A DNA stretch of 64,000 nt from an uncultured Collinsella sp. (GCA_900551365.1 URVZ01000001.1:17393-81392), one strand, 5' to 3'; counted from the first letter of the stretch, positions 1-9,418 are shown. A program made the numbers and translations. The notes: a model not told the origin generated them from the sequence alone.

Positions 1-1
1 G

Positions 2-2467
2 ACTAGCGTAGGCTCGGCATGCATCACGCTCATGCCGTCCATGAAGGGCTTCGTCGGCAGCATCTGCTCGGAGTTCGGCGACACGGGCTCCAAGGCCGGA
101 AAGTCATTCGGCGACTCGATGACCTCCGGCGTGGACGGCGGGGTCAAGCGCTCGGGCGGGCTGCTGAACGGGCTCGGCACCGTCGCAAGGGGCGTGGGCA
201 CCGTCGCCGCGGCTGGCATGGGCGCGCTCACCACGGCGGTGACCGCAATCGGCGGCGCTGCGGTATCCGCATACGCCGACTACGAGCAGCTGGTCGGCGG
301 CGTCGATACGCTCTTCGGCTCCGCGTCCGGCAAACTGCAGGGATACGCCGCGGATGCGTACAAGACGTGCGGCATGAGCGCAAACCAATACATGACCCAG
401 GCGACCAGCTTCGCCGCATCGCTCGTGAGCTCGTGCGGCGGCGACGTGGCGAAGGCCGCCGAGTCCGCCAACACAGCGATGGGCGACATGGCGGACAACG
501 TCAACAAGATGGGCTCGGACATGGCCGACGTCCAGAACGCCTACCAAGGTTTTGCCAAGCAAAACTACACGATGCTGGACAACCTGAAGCTGGGCTACGG
601 CGGCACGAAGTCCGAGATGGAGCGACTCATCGCGGACGCCAACAAGCTGCGCGCGGCGCAGGGCAAGACCGCCGACCTCACCATCGACAGCTACGCCGAC
701 GTGGTCGAGGCCATCCACACCGTGCAGTCCGAGATGGGCATCACCGGCACGACCTCCAAGGAGGCCGCGACGACCATCTCCGGCTCCATCGGCATGGCCA
801 AGGCATCATGGGAGAACTTCCTCACCGGCCTTGGCCGAGACGACGTGGACTTCTCGCAGCTCACCGAGCAGCTGCTCACGTCCGTCGGCGCGGTCGCCAA
901 GAACATCGCGCCGCGCGTCGCCCAGATCGGGCAGGGCATCATCAATGCGCTCCCCGCGGCGCTCTCCGGCATCGCGTCGGTGCTCACACCCATCGTGTCC
1001 GAGGCGCTCGCCACGGCGTGGAACATCGCCGTCGGGGCGCTCGCCGGCATCGGGATCAAGCTGCCGAAGGTGGACTCCTCGCAGATCTGCTCGGCGCTTC
1101 AGGCCATCCTTGGCGTGGCCACGTCCGTCGGTAACGGCACCAAGGCGGCAATCGGGTTCATCGCGCCGCTCATCGCGCCAATCGGCACGGCGCTGCTCAA
1201 CATCGCGCAGGCCGTGCTGCCGGTGCTCTCAACCGGCATACAGGTGGTGCTCGGCATCGTGCAGGCGCTGTCGCCGGTCATCGGCTTCCTGGTCACCGTC
1301 ATCGCTGACGTGATGACGACCGTCTCGCAGCTCGTCGCCATCGCCATGCCCGCCGTGCAGTCCGTGCTGTCGGCGGTGCTGGCTGCGATGCCGCTCATCC
1401 AGGGCGCGATTCAGGTGGCGATGGGCATCATCTCCGCCGTCTGGAACGCAGTCTGGCCGGTGATCTCCGCTGTCCTGACCGGCGTGATGGATGCAATCTC
1501 CACTGCCGTCCAGGTCGCGATGGCCGTGGTGCAGACAGTCGTCTCCACGGTCACCGCCGCGATAAGCGGAGACTGGGATACGGTCTGGAACACCATCAAG
1601 TCGGTAGCCGAGCTCGTCTGGTCGCAGATAGAGTTCGCCGTGCGAGCGGCCATAGGAATCGTCGAGTCCGTGATAACGTCCACGCTCGATGGAATCAGCT
1701 CGATTTGGTCAAGCGTGTGGGACACCGTCCGCGACTTCGCCGAGGTGGTCTGGGGACGCATCAAGTTTGCCGTCAACTCTGCGATAAATCAGGTCAGCGG
1801 CGTGATCAGCTCCGTGCTCAACAGCATCAGCTCCACGTGGTCGAGCATGTGGGGGAGCATCAAGAGCGCCTGCTCGTCCATCTGGGAGGGCATCAAGAGC
1901 GCGGCGTCCAACGGAATCAACTCCGTCTACAGGACCGTCACGAGCATCAAGGGCAAGATCACCGGATTCTTCTCGGGCGCGCGCAACTGGCTCTTCAACT
2001 CCGGCAAGTCGATACTCAACGGCCTGAAGGACGGCATCATGTCCGCTATCGGCTCGGTGACCTCGGCGGTCTCCGGTGCAGTCTCCAGAATCCGCTCCTT
2101 CTTCCCGTTCTCGCCGGCAAAGGTCGGCCCCTTCTCCGGGCACGGCTACACGACCTTCTCGGGCAAGGCCCTCATGCAGGGCTGGGCGCAGGGCATCGGC
2201 TCCGGCACCGGCACCGTGGTCTCCGCCATCAGCGGCGCCATGGACACCGCGCAGGGGATGCTCTCGACGGGCCTGACCGTCGCGCCGTCCGCTGTCTACA
2301 CTCCGGCGCGTCCCGAGGGGGATTCCGACGACGCCCTCGCCGGCATCCTGTCCGTCCTCGAGCAGATCAGGGACAAGGACGGAAACCTGTACATCGACTC
2401 GGAGCGCGTCTCCTCCGCCATCGCGATGCGCGGCAGGCACACGCTCGCCGCAAGGGGGTTCGCATGA
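2..2467 (+). CDS. Phage tail tape measure protein (5' end likely outside window)
   Basis: Ala/Gly/Ser-rich helical protein with 'YADYEQLVGGVDTLF' and 'NYTMLDNLKLGYGGTKSEM' segments, regularly spaced Trp in the C-terminal half and 'FPFSPAKVGP'. The frame is open to the window edge (TSVGSACITLMPSMKGF). Confidence 0.92.
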   Translation, partial: TSVGSACITLMPSMKGFVGSICSEFGDTGSKAGKSFGDSMTSGVDGGVKRSGGLLNGLGTVARGVGTVAAAGMGALTTAVTAIGGAAVSAYADYEQLVGGVDTLFGSASGKLQGYAADAYKTCGMSANQYMTQATSFAASLVSSCGGDVAKAAESANTAMGDMADNVNKMGSDMADVQNAYQGFAKQNYTMLDNLKLGYGGTKSEMERLIADANKLRAAQGKTADLTIDSYADVVEAIHTVQSEMGITGTTSKEAATTISGSIGMAKASWENFLTGLGRDDVDFSQLTEQLLTSVGAVAKNIAPRVAQIGQGIINALPAALSGIASVLTPIVSEALATAWNIAVGALAGIGIKLPKVDSSQICSALQAILGVATSVGNGTKAAIGFIAPLIAPIGTALLNIAQAVLPVLSTGIQVVLGIVQALSPVIGFLVTVIADVMTTVSQLVAIAMPAVQSVLSAVLAAMPLIQGAIQVAMGIISAVWNAVWPVISAVLTGVMDAISTAVQVAMAVVQTVVSTVTAAISGDWDTVWNTIKSVAELVWSQIEFAVRAAIGIVESVITSTLDGISSIWSSVWDTVRDFAEVVWGRIKFAVNSAINQVSGVISSVLNSISSTWSSMWGSIKSACSSIWEGIKSAASNGINSVYRTVTSIKGKITGFFSGARNWLFNSGKSILNGLKDGIMSAIGSVTSAVSGAVSRIRSFFPFSPAKVGPFSGHGYTTFSGKALMQGWAQGIGSGTGTVVSAISGAMDTAQGMLSTGLTVAPSAVYTPARPEGDSDDALAGILSVLEQIRDKDGNLYIDSERVSSAIAMRGRHTLAARGFA

Positions 2468-3162
2468 TATTCGGCGGAATCGACCTAACGCCGTACCTGC
2501 TGGTGACCAAGGTCACGAGACCGATTGTCCCCAAGGTGCGGCTCGATGAGACCGAGGTCCCCGGCATGGACGGCACACACGTTCGCGCCACGGGCCTCGA
2601 GCCCGTCGAGATAGCGGTCGACTGCAACATCGTCGGCGGCTCCCTCGACGAGGTCGCCGAGGCAAGGGCCGTGCTCGCCTCGGCGCTGTCCGGCGGCGAG
2701 AAGGCCCTCGTGCTCGACGACGCTCCCGAGCGCTACATGCTCGCGCGCTACAGGGGAGGGGCGGAGCAGGGGCGCAACGCGCACATGCCGAATCTCACGC
2801 TCGGGTTCTACTGTGCAGACCCCGCCGCCTACGGGCAGCGGCGCTCCGAGCAGGTGTCGGCATCCCAGCGCGCCGTCGCCGCCGGGGGCAACTACAGGGC
2901 CTACCCTACGGTCACGTGCAAGCCCCCGGCAGGCTCGAGCTGGACAATCACCAACGTATCGACCGGGCAGTTCGTCCGCGTCGAGGCGTCGTTCACGGGC
3001 GCACAGACCGTCGTGCTGGACATGCGCGCCGAGCGCTGCACAGTCAACGGCGCGGACTGGCCCGTGACCGTCGCGAGCGACTTCTTCTCGCTTGACGGCG
3101 TGCAGCAGATCAAGACGAGCGGCGGCACCGCGACGCTCGAATGGGAGGAGAGGTGGCTCTAG
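2464..3162 (+). CDS. Distal tail protein (Dit, siphovirus tail family)
   Basis: ATG at 2464 overlaps the TMP stop (ATGA). 232 aa with 'EVPGMDG', 'FYCADPAAYG' and C-terminal 'WEERWL'; sits directly after the TMP. Confidence 0.85.
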   Translation: MIFGGIDLTPYLLVTKVTRPIVPKVRLDETEVPGMDGTHVRATGLEPVEIAVDCNIVGGSLDEVAEARAVLASALSGGEKALVLDDAPERYMLARYRGGAEQGRNAHMPNLTLGFYCADPAAYGQRRSEQVSASQRAVAAGGNYRAYPTVTCKPPAGSSWTITNVSTGQFVRVEASFTGAQTVVLDMRAERCTVNGADWPVTVASDFFSLDGVQQIKTSGGTATLEWEERWL

Positions 3163-6100
3163 GTGCGAATTGACGTATACACGTGGCAGGACGCCTACGT
3201 ATCGACAATCGGCCCCGAGGAGCTGCTCTCCCTCACCCATACCGACGAGCTCAACGGCGAGGACAGCGTGGACATCGTCACGACCTTCGCGCTCAAGCAG
3301 GGCTACCGCCTCGTGTGGGTCGACCGCCTCGGCAAGGTCCACGAGCACGTCTGCCAAGACCCCAAGGGCCTCCACGCCGGAGGCGATACGGTCTACACGG
3401 ACACGGCGATCAACTCAATCTGCGAGACGTACGGCGACTATATCGAGGACAAGCGCCCCTACGGCTACGGCTTCTTGCAGGCGCTGAATGTCTGCCTTGG
3501 GCCGACCCGCTGGACCGCCGGAACGGTCGACCAGACCGGCACCGTCGACAAGGGCCTGACCTTCTACCACACCTCGGCGCGCGAGGCGCTCCAGTCAATC
3601 TTGAAATGCGGCGGTGAGCTTGAGACTGAAATCACCGTATCCGGCGGCAGGGTGACATCTCGCAGGGTGGGCATCCGCTCGCACCGAGGCGCGAAGGGCG
3701 GCCACCGCCGGTTCACCTACACCAAGGACCTGACATCGGTATCACGCACCGAGCACTACGGGGCGATCACTGCCTGCTACGGCTACGGCAAGGGTATCGA
3801 GACCGACACGGGCGGCTACGGCCGCAAGCTGACCTTCGGTGACATCAACAACGGCAGGAACTACGTGGAGGACGCGACCGCGCTCAGGCTGTACGGGCGA
3901 CCCGACGGCAGGGGCGGGCGCGCGCACGTGTTCGGACAATATGAAAATTCAAATTGCGAGGACGCGGCAACCCTGCTCGCCGAGACCCGCGCGTACCTCG
4001 ACTCCCGCAAGGAGCCGGGAATGACCTACGAGGCCGACGTCGTCGACCTCGTGCAGTTCGGGCGCGAGTGGGAGGGCGTCGCCGTGGGCGACGACGTCCA
4101 GATCGTCGACACGTGCTTCTCCCCGGCGCTGCGCTGCGAGGGCCGCGTGACCAAGCTCGTGACCGACGAGCTTGGCGGCTCCATGCGCGTGACGCTCGGG
4201 AACGTGACCGAGACAATCACGGACATGTTGCTGGCTCAGCAGCAGAAAGTGTCCAGCCTGTCGAAGCGCTCGTCCAACTGGGACGTGGCGGCATCCACGC
4301 CGCCCGCATACCTCCAGCAGGTCATGGACAGCATGAATACGCAGTTCAACCTCGCGGGCAACAGCTACGTCCATACGAGCTTCGAGCGCGGTCTGATCTT
4401 CGGCTCCGTGCCCCTCGACGCGGACGGCCGCTCGACGACCGGCGACGGCATGGCCATGCAGCTGTGCTCCCAGGGATTCCGCATCGCCTCCGGCTGCAAA
4501 GCCGACGGCTCGTGGGACTGGCGCACCTTCGGCACCGGCGCGGGCTTCACGGCCGACCTCATCACGGTCGGCACGCTCATGGGCGACCTGATCAAGGCCG
4601 GAACCATCCAAGACAGGAGCGGCAAGAACTACTGGAACCTCGACGAGAGCGAGGTCAATCTAGGCCCCGGCGCCAAGCTCGACGGCAAGGACATCGCCGT
4701 CGCCGATGCCGTGATAGCGTCGGTGGACGTCGAGTACGCCCAGGGAACGTCGCGCGTCACCGAGCCGCAGGGCGGATGGCAGACCACGGCGCCGCAATGG
4801 GTGTCGGGCAAGTACATCTGGACGCGCACCAAGACCACCATGCAGTCCGGCGACATCGAGTACAGCGAGCCCGTGTGCATCAGCGGCATCGATGGCGCCA
4901 AGGGCGACAAGGGCTCCACCGGCACCGGCGTGAAGGGCATCGTCGAGCAGTACTACCTCTCCACGAGCTTCACGGCGCAGTCCGGCGGCAGCTGGTCGGA
5001 GGCGCAGCCCGCGTGGGCGAAGGGCAGGTACATCTGGACGCGCAGCAAGGTCACATGGACGGACGGCTCGACCACATATACCGCGCCGTGCCTCGCCAAG
5101 GCCATCAACGGCAGCAACCAGATGGCCGGCAGCGCCATCGCGGCGCGCGTGAAGCTCTACGCCAAGAATCAATCGGACAGCGTGCCGCCGATTAACGCGC
5201 AGAACCCCGAGCTGGGGTGGTCCGAGGACCTCCCGCAATGGTCGAACGGATACTTCGTCTGGTCGATGGAGCGCGTCACCTACGGCGATGGCTCCGTGAC
5301 CCACACGGCGCCGGTGCTGGAGGCCGCGTACAACAAGGCCTACCAGAGCGCGCACGACCTGACGGACTCGCTCAACGGCCTTGACACGACGGTGCAGGAC
5401 CTCGCAAGGGACGGTGTGGTGACCGAAGCGGAGAAGGCCGCGGTCAAGAAGGCCAAGCAGGACGTGGACAAGGAGCGCGAGGAGCTCACGAGCCAGTACA
5501 ACGCGCTGAAGTCGAACAAGGCCCTCAGCGCCCAGTTCCTCTCGTCCGTCCTCGGCCCCCGCTACACCAAGGCCTTCGGCACGACCGACGAGGGCGGCAC
5601 GTACGGCTCCTACGCCGACAAGGTCGACAAGGTGCTCCAGTGCAAGACCGCCGAGGAGCTCAAGGCGGCGATGTACGAGTACGACGCCGCATTCGGAGCC
5701 TACTCGACCGCCGTGAAGGACTACGCCGAGGCGGCCACCAGAGCCCGCCACGCCATCGAGCAGCAGAACGCATCGGACTACGCCGACGGCATCCTGAGCG
5801 CCTACGACGAGCAGATGGACCAGAAGGCCATCTTCGACCGCCTGACGAACGGCGGCGCAGACCAGGGGCTCTACATGAGCAACAACAGGGTCTACGTCAA
5901 CGCGACATACATCGCAACCGGGACTCTCGCGGACGCAAAGGGGCGCAACTCGTGGAACCTCAAGGAAGGCGTGCTGACGACCAACTACATGACGGCGAAG
6001 AACATCACGGCGACCGGAAGCTTCACCGGTGGAAACCGCAGCAGCGGGTACGCCATGGAACTCGACTCGAGCGGGAAGCTGGCTGGGTTCAAGGACGGCA

Positions 6101-6417
6101 CGCAGTACGGATACATCGAATGCTCCTCAACGTCACATGACATCGACAATCCGTCGATTATCTACCACGGACTGCAGCTGCAGGGACAGGGCGTCGTGCG
6201 AGTCTCGACCCCGAGGCTCAGCGTGAGCGGCAGCGCCGACACGAGCGTCACGACGTGGTCAGGCCTGACGACCAAGGTCGGAGCGGCATACCACCCGCTT
6301 TACACGGAGAACGGCAAGAAATATTTCAACGACCAGTCCCAGACATCGTCGGTGCTCGAGTTCAGGAACGGCCTGCTGATCGGCGTGTCGACCATGCCGT
6401 CCGGGTGGAGCGGATAA
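3163..6417 (+). CDS. Tail-associated (Tal/baseplate hub) host-specificity protein
   Basis: 1084 aa. Prophage-tail-endopeptidase-like N-terminus ('ITACYGYGKG'), 'WDWRTFGTGAGFTADLI', three Trp-rich modules, a short collagen-like stretch and a helical coiled-coil segment. Confidence 0.85.
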   Translation: MRIDVYTWQDAYVSTIGPEELLSLTHTDELNGEDSVDIVTTFALKQGYRLVWVDRLGKVHEHVCQDPKGLHAGGDTVYTDTAINSICETYGDYIEDKRPYGYGFLQALNVCLGPTRWTAGTVDQTGTVDKGLTFYHTSAREALQSILKCGGELETEITVSGGRVTSRRVGIRSHRGAKGGHRRFTYTKDLTSVSRTEHYGAITACYGYGKGIETDTGGYGRKLTFGDINNGRNYVEDATALRLYGRPDGRGGRAHVFGQYENSNCEDAATLLAETRAYLDSRKEPGMTYEADVVDLVQFGREWEGVAVGDDVQIVDTCFSPALRCEGRVTKLVTDELGGSMRVTLGNVTETITDMLLAQQQKVSSLSKRSSNWDVAASTPPAYLQQVMDSMNTQFNLAGNSYVHTSFERGLIFGSVPLDADGRSTTGDGMAMQLCSQGFRIASGCKADGSWDWRTFGTGAGFTADLITVGTLMGDLIKAGTIQDRSGKNYWNLDESEVNLGPGAKLDGKDIAVADAVIASVDVEYAQGTSRVTEPQGGWQTTAPQWVSGKYIWTRTKTTMQSGDIEYSEPVCISGIDGAKGDKGSTGTGVKGIVEQYYLSTSFTAQSGGSWSEAQPAWAKGRYIWTRSKVTWTDGSTTYTAPCLAKAINGSNQMAGSAIAARVKLYAKNQSDSVPPINAQNPELGWSEDLPQWSNGYFVWSMERVTYGDGSVTHTAPVLEAAYNKAYQSAHDLTDSLNGLDTTVQDLARDGVVTEAEKAAVKKAKQDVDKEREELTSQYNALKSNKALSAQFLSSVLGPRYTKAFGTTDEGGTYGSYADKVDKVLQCKTAEELKAAMYEYDAAFGAYSTAVKDYAEAATRARHAIEQQNASDYADGILSAYDEQMDQKAIFDRLTNGGADQGLYMSNNRVYVNATYIATGTLADAKGRNSWNLKEGVLTTNYMTAKNITATGSFTGGNRSSGYAMELDSSGKLAGFKDGTQYGYIECSSTSHDIDNPSIIYHGLQLQGQGVVRVSTPRLSVSGSADTSVTTWSGLTTKVGAAYHPLYTENGKKYFNDQSQTSSVLEFRNGLLIGVSTMPSGWSG

Positions 6418-6420
6418 GAG

Positions 6421-6837
6421 ATGAAAGGACAAGAAGGAATGGAAGCAAGCAAGAAGATCGTCGTGGGCTATGCCGTCCACGACATCATCGGAAACAACGA
6501 ACAGTGCCTGACGGAGTACGACCCGGAGGTGCTCCAGAGCGCCGAGGACGCCGGCCTCGTGTTCGTCGCCCAGTACGACGACGGCACGCGCGAGGTCGTC
6601 AAGGCCGCAGACGTCCGCAAGCCCGACCCCACGGTCAACGGCATCCCACTGGCGACCGCCGGGTACGTCGATGAGCGCACCGCCGCCACGGTCGCCGTGT
6701 TCGACGCGCTCTCGGCCATCGTCGACCCGCAGCCGGCCATGGCGGACGAGACGGAGGAGGGGGCCAAGGCCGTCGACCCGGTCGAGGCCTTCAAGGCCGC
6801 GCTCGCCGTCCTCAAGGCGTTGGAGGCCAAGGAATGA
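6421..6837 (+). CDS. Phage hypothetical protein
   Basis: ORF with phage-like codon usage, tightly packed between tail genes; ATGA overlap with the next gene. The start may be 6439. Confidence 0.7.
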   Translation: MKGQEGMEASKKIVVGYAVHDIIGNNEQCLTEYDPEVLQSAEDAGLVFVAQYDDGTREVVKAADVRKPDPTVNGIPLATAGYVDERTAATVAVFDALSAIVDPQPAMADETEEGAKAVDPVEAFKAALAVLKALEAKE

Positions 6838-7571
6838 TCAACCACGGGATAGCGCTCGACATGCGCAAGCGCCCGGGCACAGTCCCGCAGCGTGTCACCG
6901 TGCGCAGGGGTGAGACGCAGACCCAGAAGATAACGGCGTCGCTCACCGTGGACGGCACCGCCTATACGCCGACCTACCAGTCCGCGCGCCTGTGCGTGCT
7001 CCACGCCGATGGAACGTGGGCTCGCTGCGCCGCCACCGTCGGCACGGCATCGGTGAGCGCCACGCTGGCGCCGGTGGTCGTCAACGGGGTGGAGAAGTGC
7101 CGCCTGGCCTACTTCGAGTTCTACAACGCCAACGGGGCCTCCGAGACTACCGAGGACTTCGCGCTCGTAATTCTGGGAAATGTGGACGGGACAACAGGTC
7201 CTGCCGTCAGCTACGACCAGGAGCTCGACGAGCTCTACAGGAAGTGGAGCACTGAGCTATCTAGGCTCGGTCAATCCGCGTACGATGCGGCATCCGCCGC
7301 TAGCGGTGCGACGTCGAGGGCCGATGCGGCGGCAAGCGCGGCATTGCAGATCGCGAACGCGGCGGCGCAGGGCGCCGCCGGCGAGTCCGACATCGCCGAG
7401 CTGCGCCGCCAGAACGGCCAGCTCGCGACGATGCTCGCCGACGCGACAGACAAGTTCATCTACATGGACGGCACAGTCTACTGCCCTGCCGGCAAGGCGT
7501 CGGTATCCGGGGACACGGTGACGTTCGGAAGCACGTGCTCGGTATCGGGCAGCACGGTAACCCTTTCCTAA
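6834..7571 (+). CDS. BppU-like upper baseplate / receptor-binding protein adaptor
   Basis: N-terminus 'IALDMRK...VTVRRGET..KITASLTVDG' resembles the BppU N-terminal domain, followed by an Ala-rich coil. Located just before the DGR target. Confidence 0.6.
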   Translation: MINHGIALDMRKRPGTVPQRVTVRRGETQTQKITASLTVDGTAYTPTYQSARLCVLHADGTWARCAATVGTASVSATLAPVVVNGVEKCRLAYFEFYNANGASETTEDFALVILGNVDGTTGPAVSYDQELDELYRKWSTELSRLGQSAYDAASAASGATSRADAAASAALQIANAAAQGAAGESDIAELRRQNGQLATMLADATDKFIYMDGTVYCPAGKASVSGDTVTFGSTCSVSGSTVTLS

Positions 7572-7580
7572 GGAGGATAA

Positions 7581-8489
7581 ATGGCAAATGCAAAGACGCT
7601 GGTCGTAGGCGGCCAGCCGCTCAACGTCATCGACGATACCGCGCGCAGCAACGCGCAGACGGCACTCAACAACGCCGAGTACAACCGCCAGAGCCTCATC
7701 GGCAAGTACGGCGGACAGAACATCGCCACCATCCTGGCGGGAGAGATCGGCAGCGGCAGCGTGTACGATGCGCTGCACAAGCGCATCGCCGCCGCGAACT
7801 TCGCGGGCCTGCGCGTGGGCGACTACCTGGACGTGCCGCTCGTGAGCGCGTCCGCCGTCACCACCCAGCAATCTGTTCGGTTCCTGCTTGCCCACATCGA
7901 CCCGTACCTTTACTGCGGCGACAACAGCAAGGGCCACCACATCGCCTTCGTGGCCTCCGCGCCCATCGCCGTGGCCAAGACCGTGACCGGCGTTGCCAAC
8001 GACAGCTTCCTGATGTGGAACACGACCAACACCAACCAGGGCACCGCCGACCAGAAATGCCCCTACCCCAACAGCAACCTCAAGGCGTGGGAGACGGCCT
8101 TCGAGGCGTGCCTGCCCGAGGGCCTGACCAAGTACCTGCTTACCCAGCGCGTGCTGCTTGAGGAGCGGTACAGCGCCAGCGGCGCGCTCAACGACTCCAA
8201 CTCGTGGAGCTGGCAGGATATCGGCAAGGTGTTCTCGCTGTCCGAGATGGAGGTGTACTGCTGCCCGGTGTGGGGCACCAAGGGCTACAGCGTCGGCTTC
8301 GACTGCCAGTGGGATCTGTTCAGGGACACCGCGCACCGAATCAACGGAACTCGGTACACTTGGTGGTTGCGTTCCGTCATGGGTGGCTCCTCGTCCTACG
8401 TGTGCTGCGTCGACAACGACGGCGATGCCAACTGCAATTCGGCGACGAACACCTGGGTTCGCCCCCGCCCCGGCTTCCTCGTCGGCTAG
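7581..8489 (+). CDS. DGR target protein, probable receptor-binding/tail tip protein with C-terminal C-type-lectin-fold variable domain
   Basis: SD AAGGAGG upstream. C-terminal 'KVFSLSEMEV...WWLRS...WVRPRPGF' motifs; the 3' end contains the VR matching TR. Confidence 0.9.
   Translation: MANAKTLVVGGQPLNVIDDTARSNAQTALNNAEYNRQSLIGKYGGQNIATILAGEIGSGSVYDALHKRIAAANFAGLRVGDYLDVPLVSASAVTTQQSVRFLLAHIDPYLYCGDNSKGHHIAFVASAPIAVAKTVTGVANDSFLMWNTTNTNQGTADQKCPYPNSNLKAWETAFEACLPEGLTKYLLTQRVLLEERYSASGALNDSNSWSWQDIGKVFSLSEMEVYCCPVWGTKGYSVGFDCQWDLFRDTAHRINGTRYTWWLRSVMGGSSSYVCCVDNDGDANCNSATNTWVRPRPGFLVG
8351..8478 (+). repeat. DGR variable repeat (VR) with GC-rich IMH at 3' end
   Basis: 120/128 identical to 9088-9215. 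Mismatches at 8359, 8397, 8407, 8412, 8418, 8424, 8434 and 8474 are all opposite A in TR. Confidence 0.97.
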
Positions 8490-8517
8490 CCAGCCGAGTG
8501 CTCTATACTCTGCTTTT

Positions 8518-8542
8518 AGGCGACCGCCTTGCGCGGTCGCCT
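8518..8542 (+). promoter_or_regulatory. DGR cis-acting hairpin/cruciform downstream of VR
   Basis: AGGCGACCGC-cttgc-GCGGTCGCCT, a perfect 10-bp stem ~40 nt after VR; typical position for DGR target-recognition hairpins. Confidence 0.75.
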
Positions 8543-8545
8543 CTC

Positions 8546-8568
8546 GCCCGCGAAGCGGGCCGTTTTTT
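8546..8568 (+). terminator. Second hairpin with T tract (terminator and/or DGR cis hairpin)
   Basis: GCCCGC-gaa-GCGGGC followed by CGTTTTTT. Confidence 0.6.
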
Positions 8569-8592
8569 CGCCAGTTTCCACAGGAGGTGCAC

Positions 8593-9063
8593 GTGAGCGG
8601 CGTCTACCAGCGCAACCGCGAGGTGTCCGAGTACAAGTTCTTCACTCAAGCGATCGCCATCCGCGTGGAGGTCAACAAGCTGATGGCGTCCTCCTCCGTG
8701 GTTCCGAAGGCCTACCGTCTGCTGAACGCGGTGCCGACCGTGGAGACGGCTCGCAGCATCGTGTACAACGTCAACCGCGCCGACTGCTTCTATCCCAACA
8801 GCTCGTTCAACGCGCTTGAGAGGAAACGCTACCTGACGCTGGCCATAGCGGACTGCGAGCAGCTTATGCTGGACATGCAGTGCCTCATGGATATCGGCCT
8901 GCCCGTGAACGCCAACCGCTTCGATGAGCTGGCGGCCATGGTCGAGGAGGAGATCAAGCTGCTCAAGGGCGCACGCAAGAACGTGCGCGTGACGGGCAAG
9001 AAGTCCACCGAGGAGCACATAGCCGAGGCCGAGGCCGAGCTAGAGCGCCTGCGTTCGCTATAA
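8593..9063 (+). CDS. avd: DGR accessory variability determinant (Avd-like four-helix bundle)
   Basis: GGAGG SD at 8583-8587, GTG start, 156-aa helical protein lying between VR and TR as in the BPP-1 layout. Confidence 0.8.
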   Translation: MSGVYQRNREVSEYKFFTQAIAIRVEVNKLMASSSVVPKAYRLLNAVPTVETARSIVYNVNRADCFYPNSSFNALERKRYLTLAIADCEQLMLDMQCLMDIGLPVNANRFDELAAMVEEEIKLLKGARKNVRVTGKKSTEEHIAEAEAELERLRSL

Positions 9064-9087
9064 TGGACGGCGGTCGCGCCTTGTTTA

Positions 9088-9215
9088 TCGGTACAATTGG
9101 TGGTTGCGTTCCGTCATGGGTGGCTCCTCGTCCAACGTGTGCTACGTCAACAACAACGGCAATGCCAACTACAATTCGGCGACGAACACCTGGGTTCGCC
9201 CCCGCCCCGGATTCC
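9088..9215 (+). ncRNA. DGR template repeat (TR) within the avd-RT intergenic RNA
   Basis: Non-coding copy of VR rich in AAC/AAT codons (reads RYNWWLRSVMGGSSSNVCYVNNNGNANYNSATNTWVRPRPGF). Contains 25 adenines and diverges from VR after the GC-rich IMH*. Confidence 0.95.
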
Positions 9216-9418
9216 CTTACTGCCAGACCGAGTAGGCCAACGGGCCGAAAGCAGAGCGCGGAGAGGAAGGAAGGCGCGACCGTCGGGCATGCGCCCGTAA
9301 ATACGCACCCCGCGAGGGTGGCCGGACGCTGCTTGCATGGCGCGGCGCTCCGTGGCTTCGCCGCGTTTCATGGCCATACCTCAAGCGGCTGTCAGAGCCA
9401 CATTGCAAGCCGTGCGGG

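Noticed and set aside
3163..7571. Second DGR target in other tail genes
   Set aside because: I found no other TR-like copy by eye in the window. Remote targets outside the window cannot be excluded.
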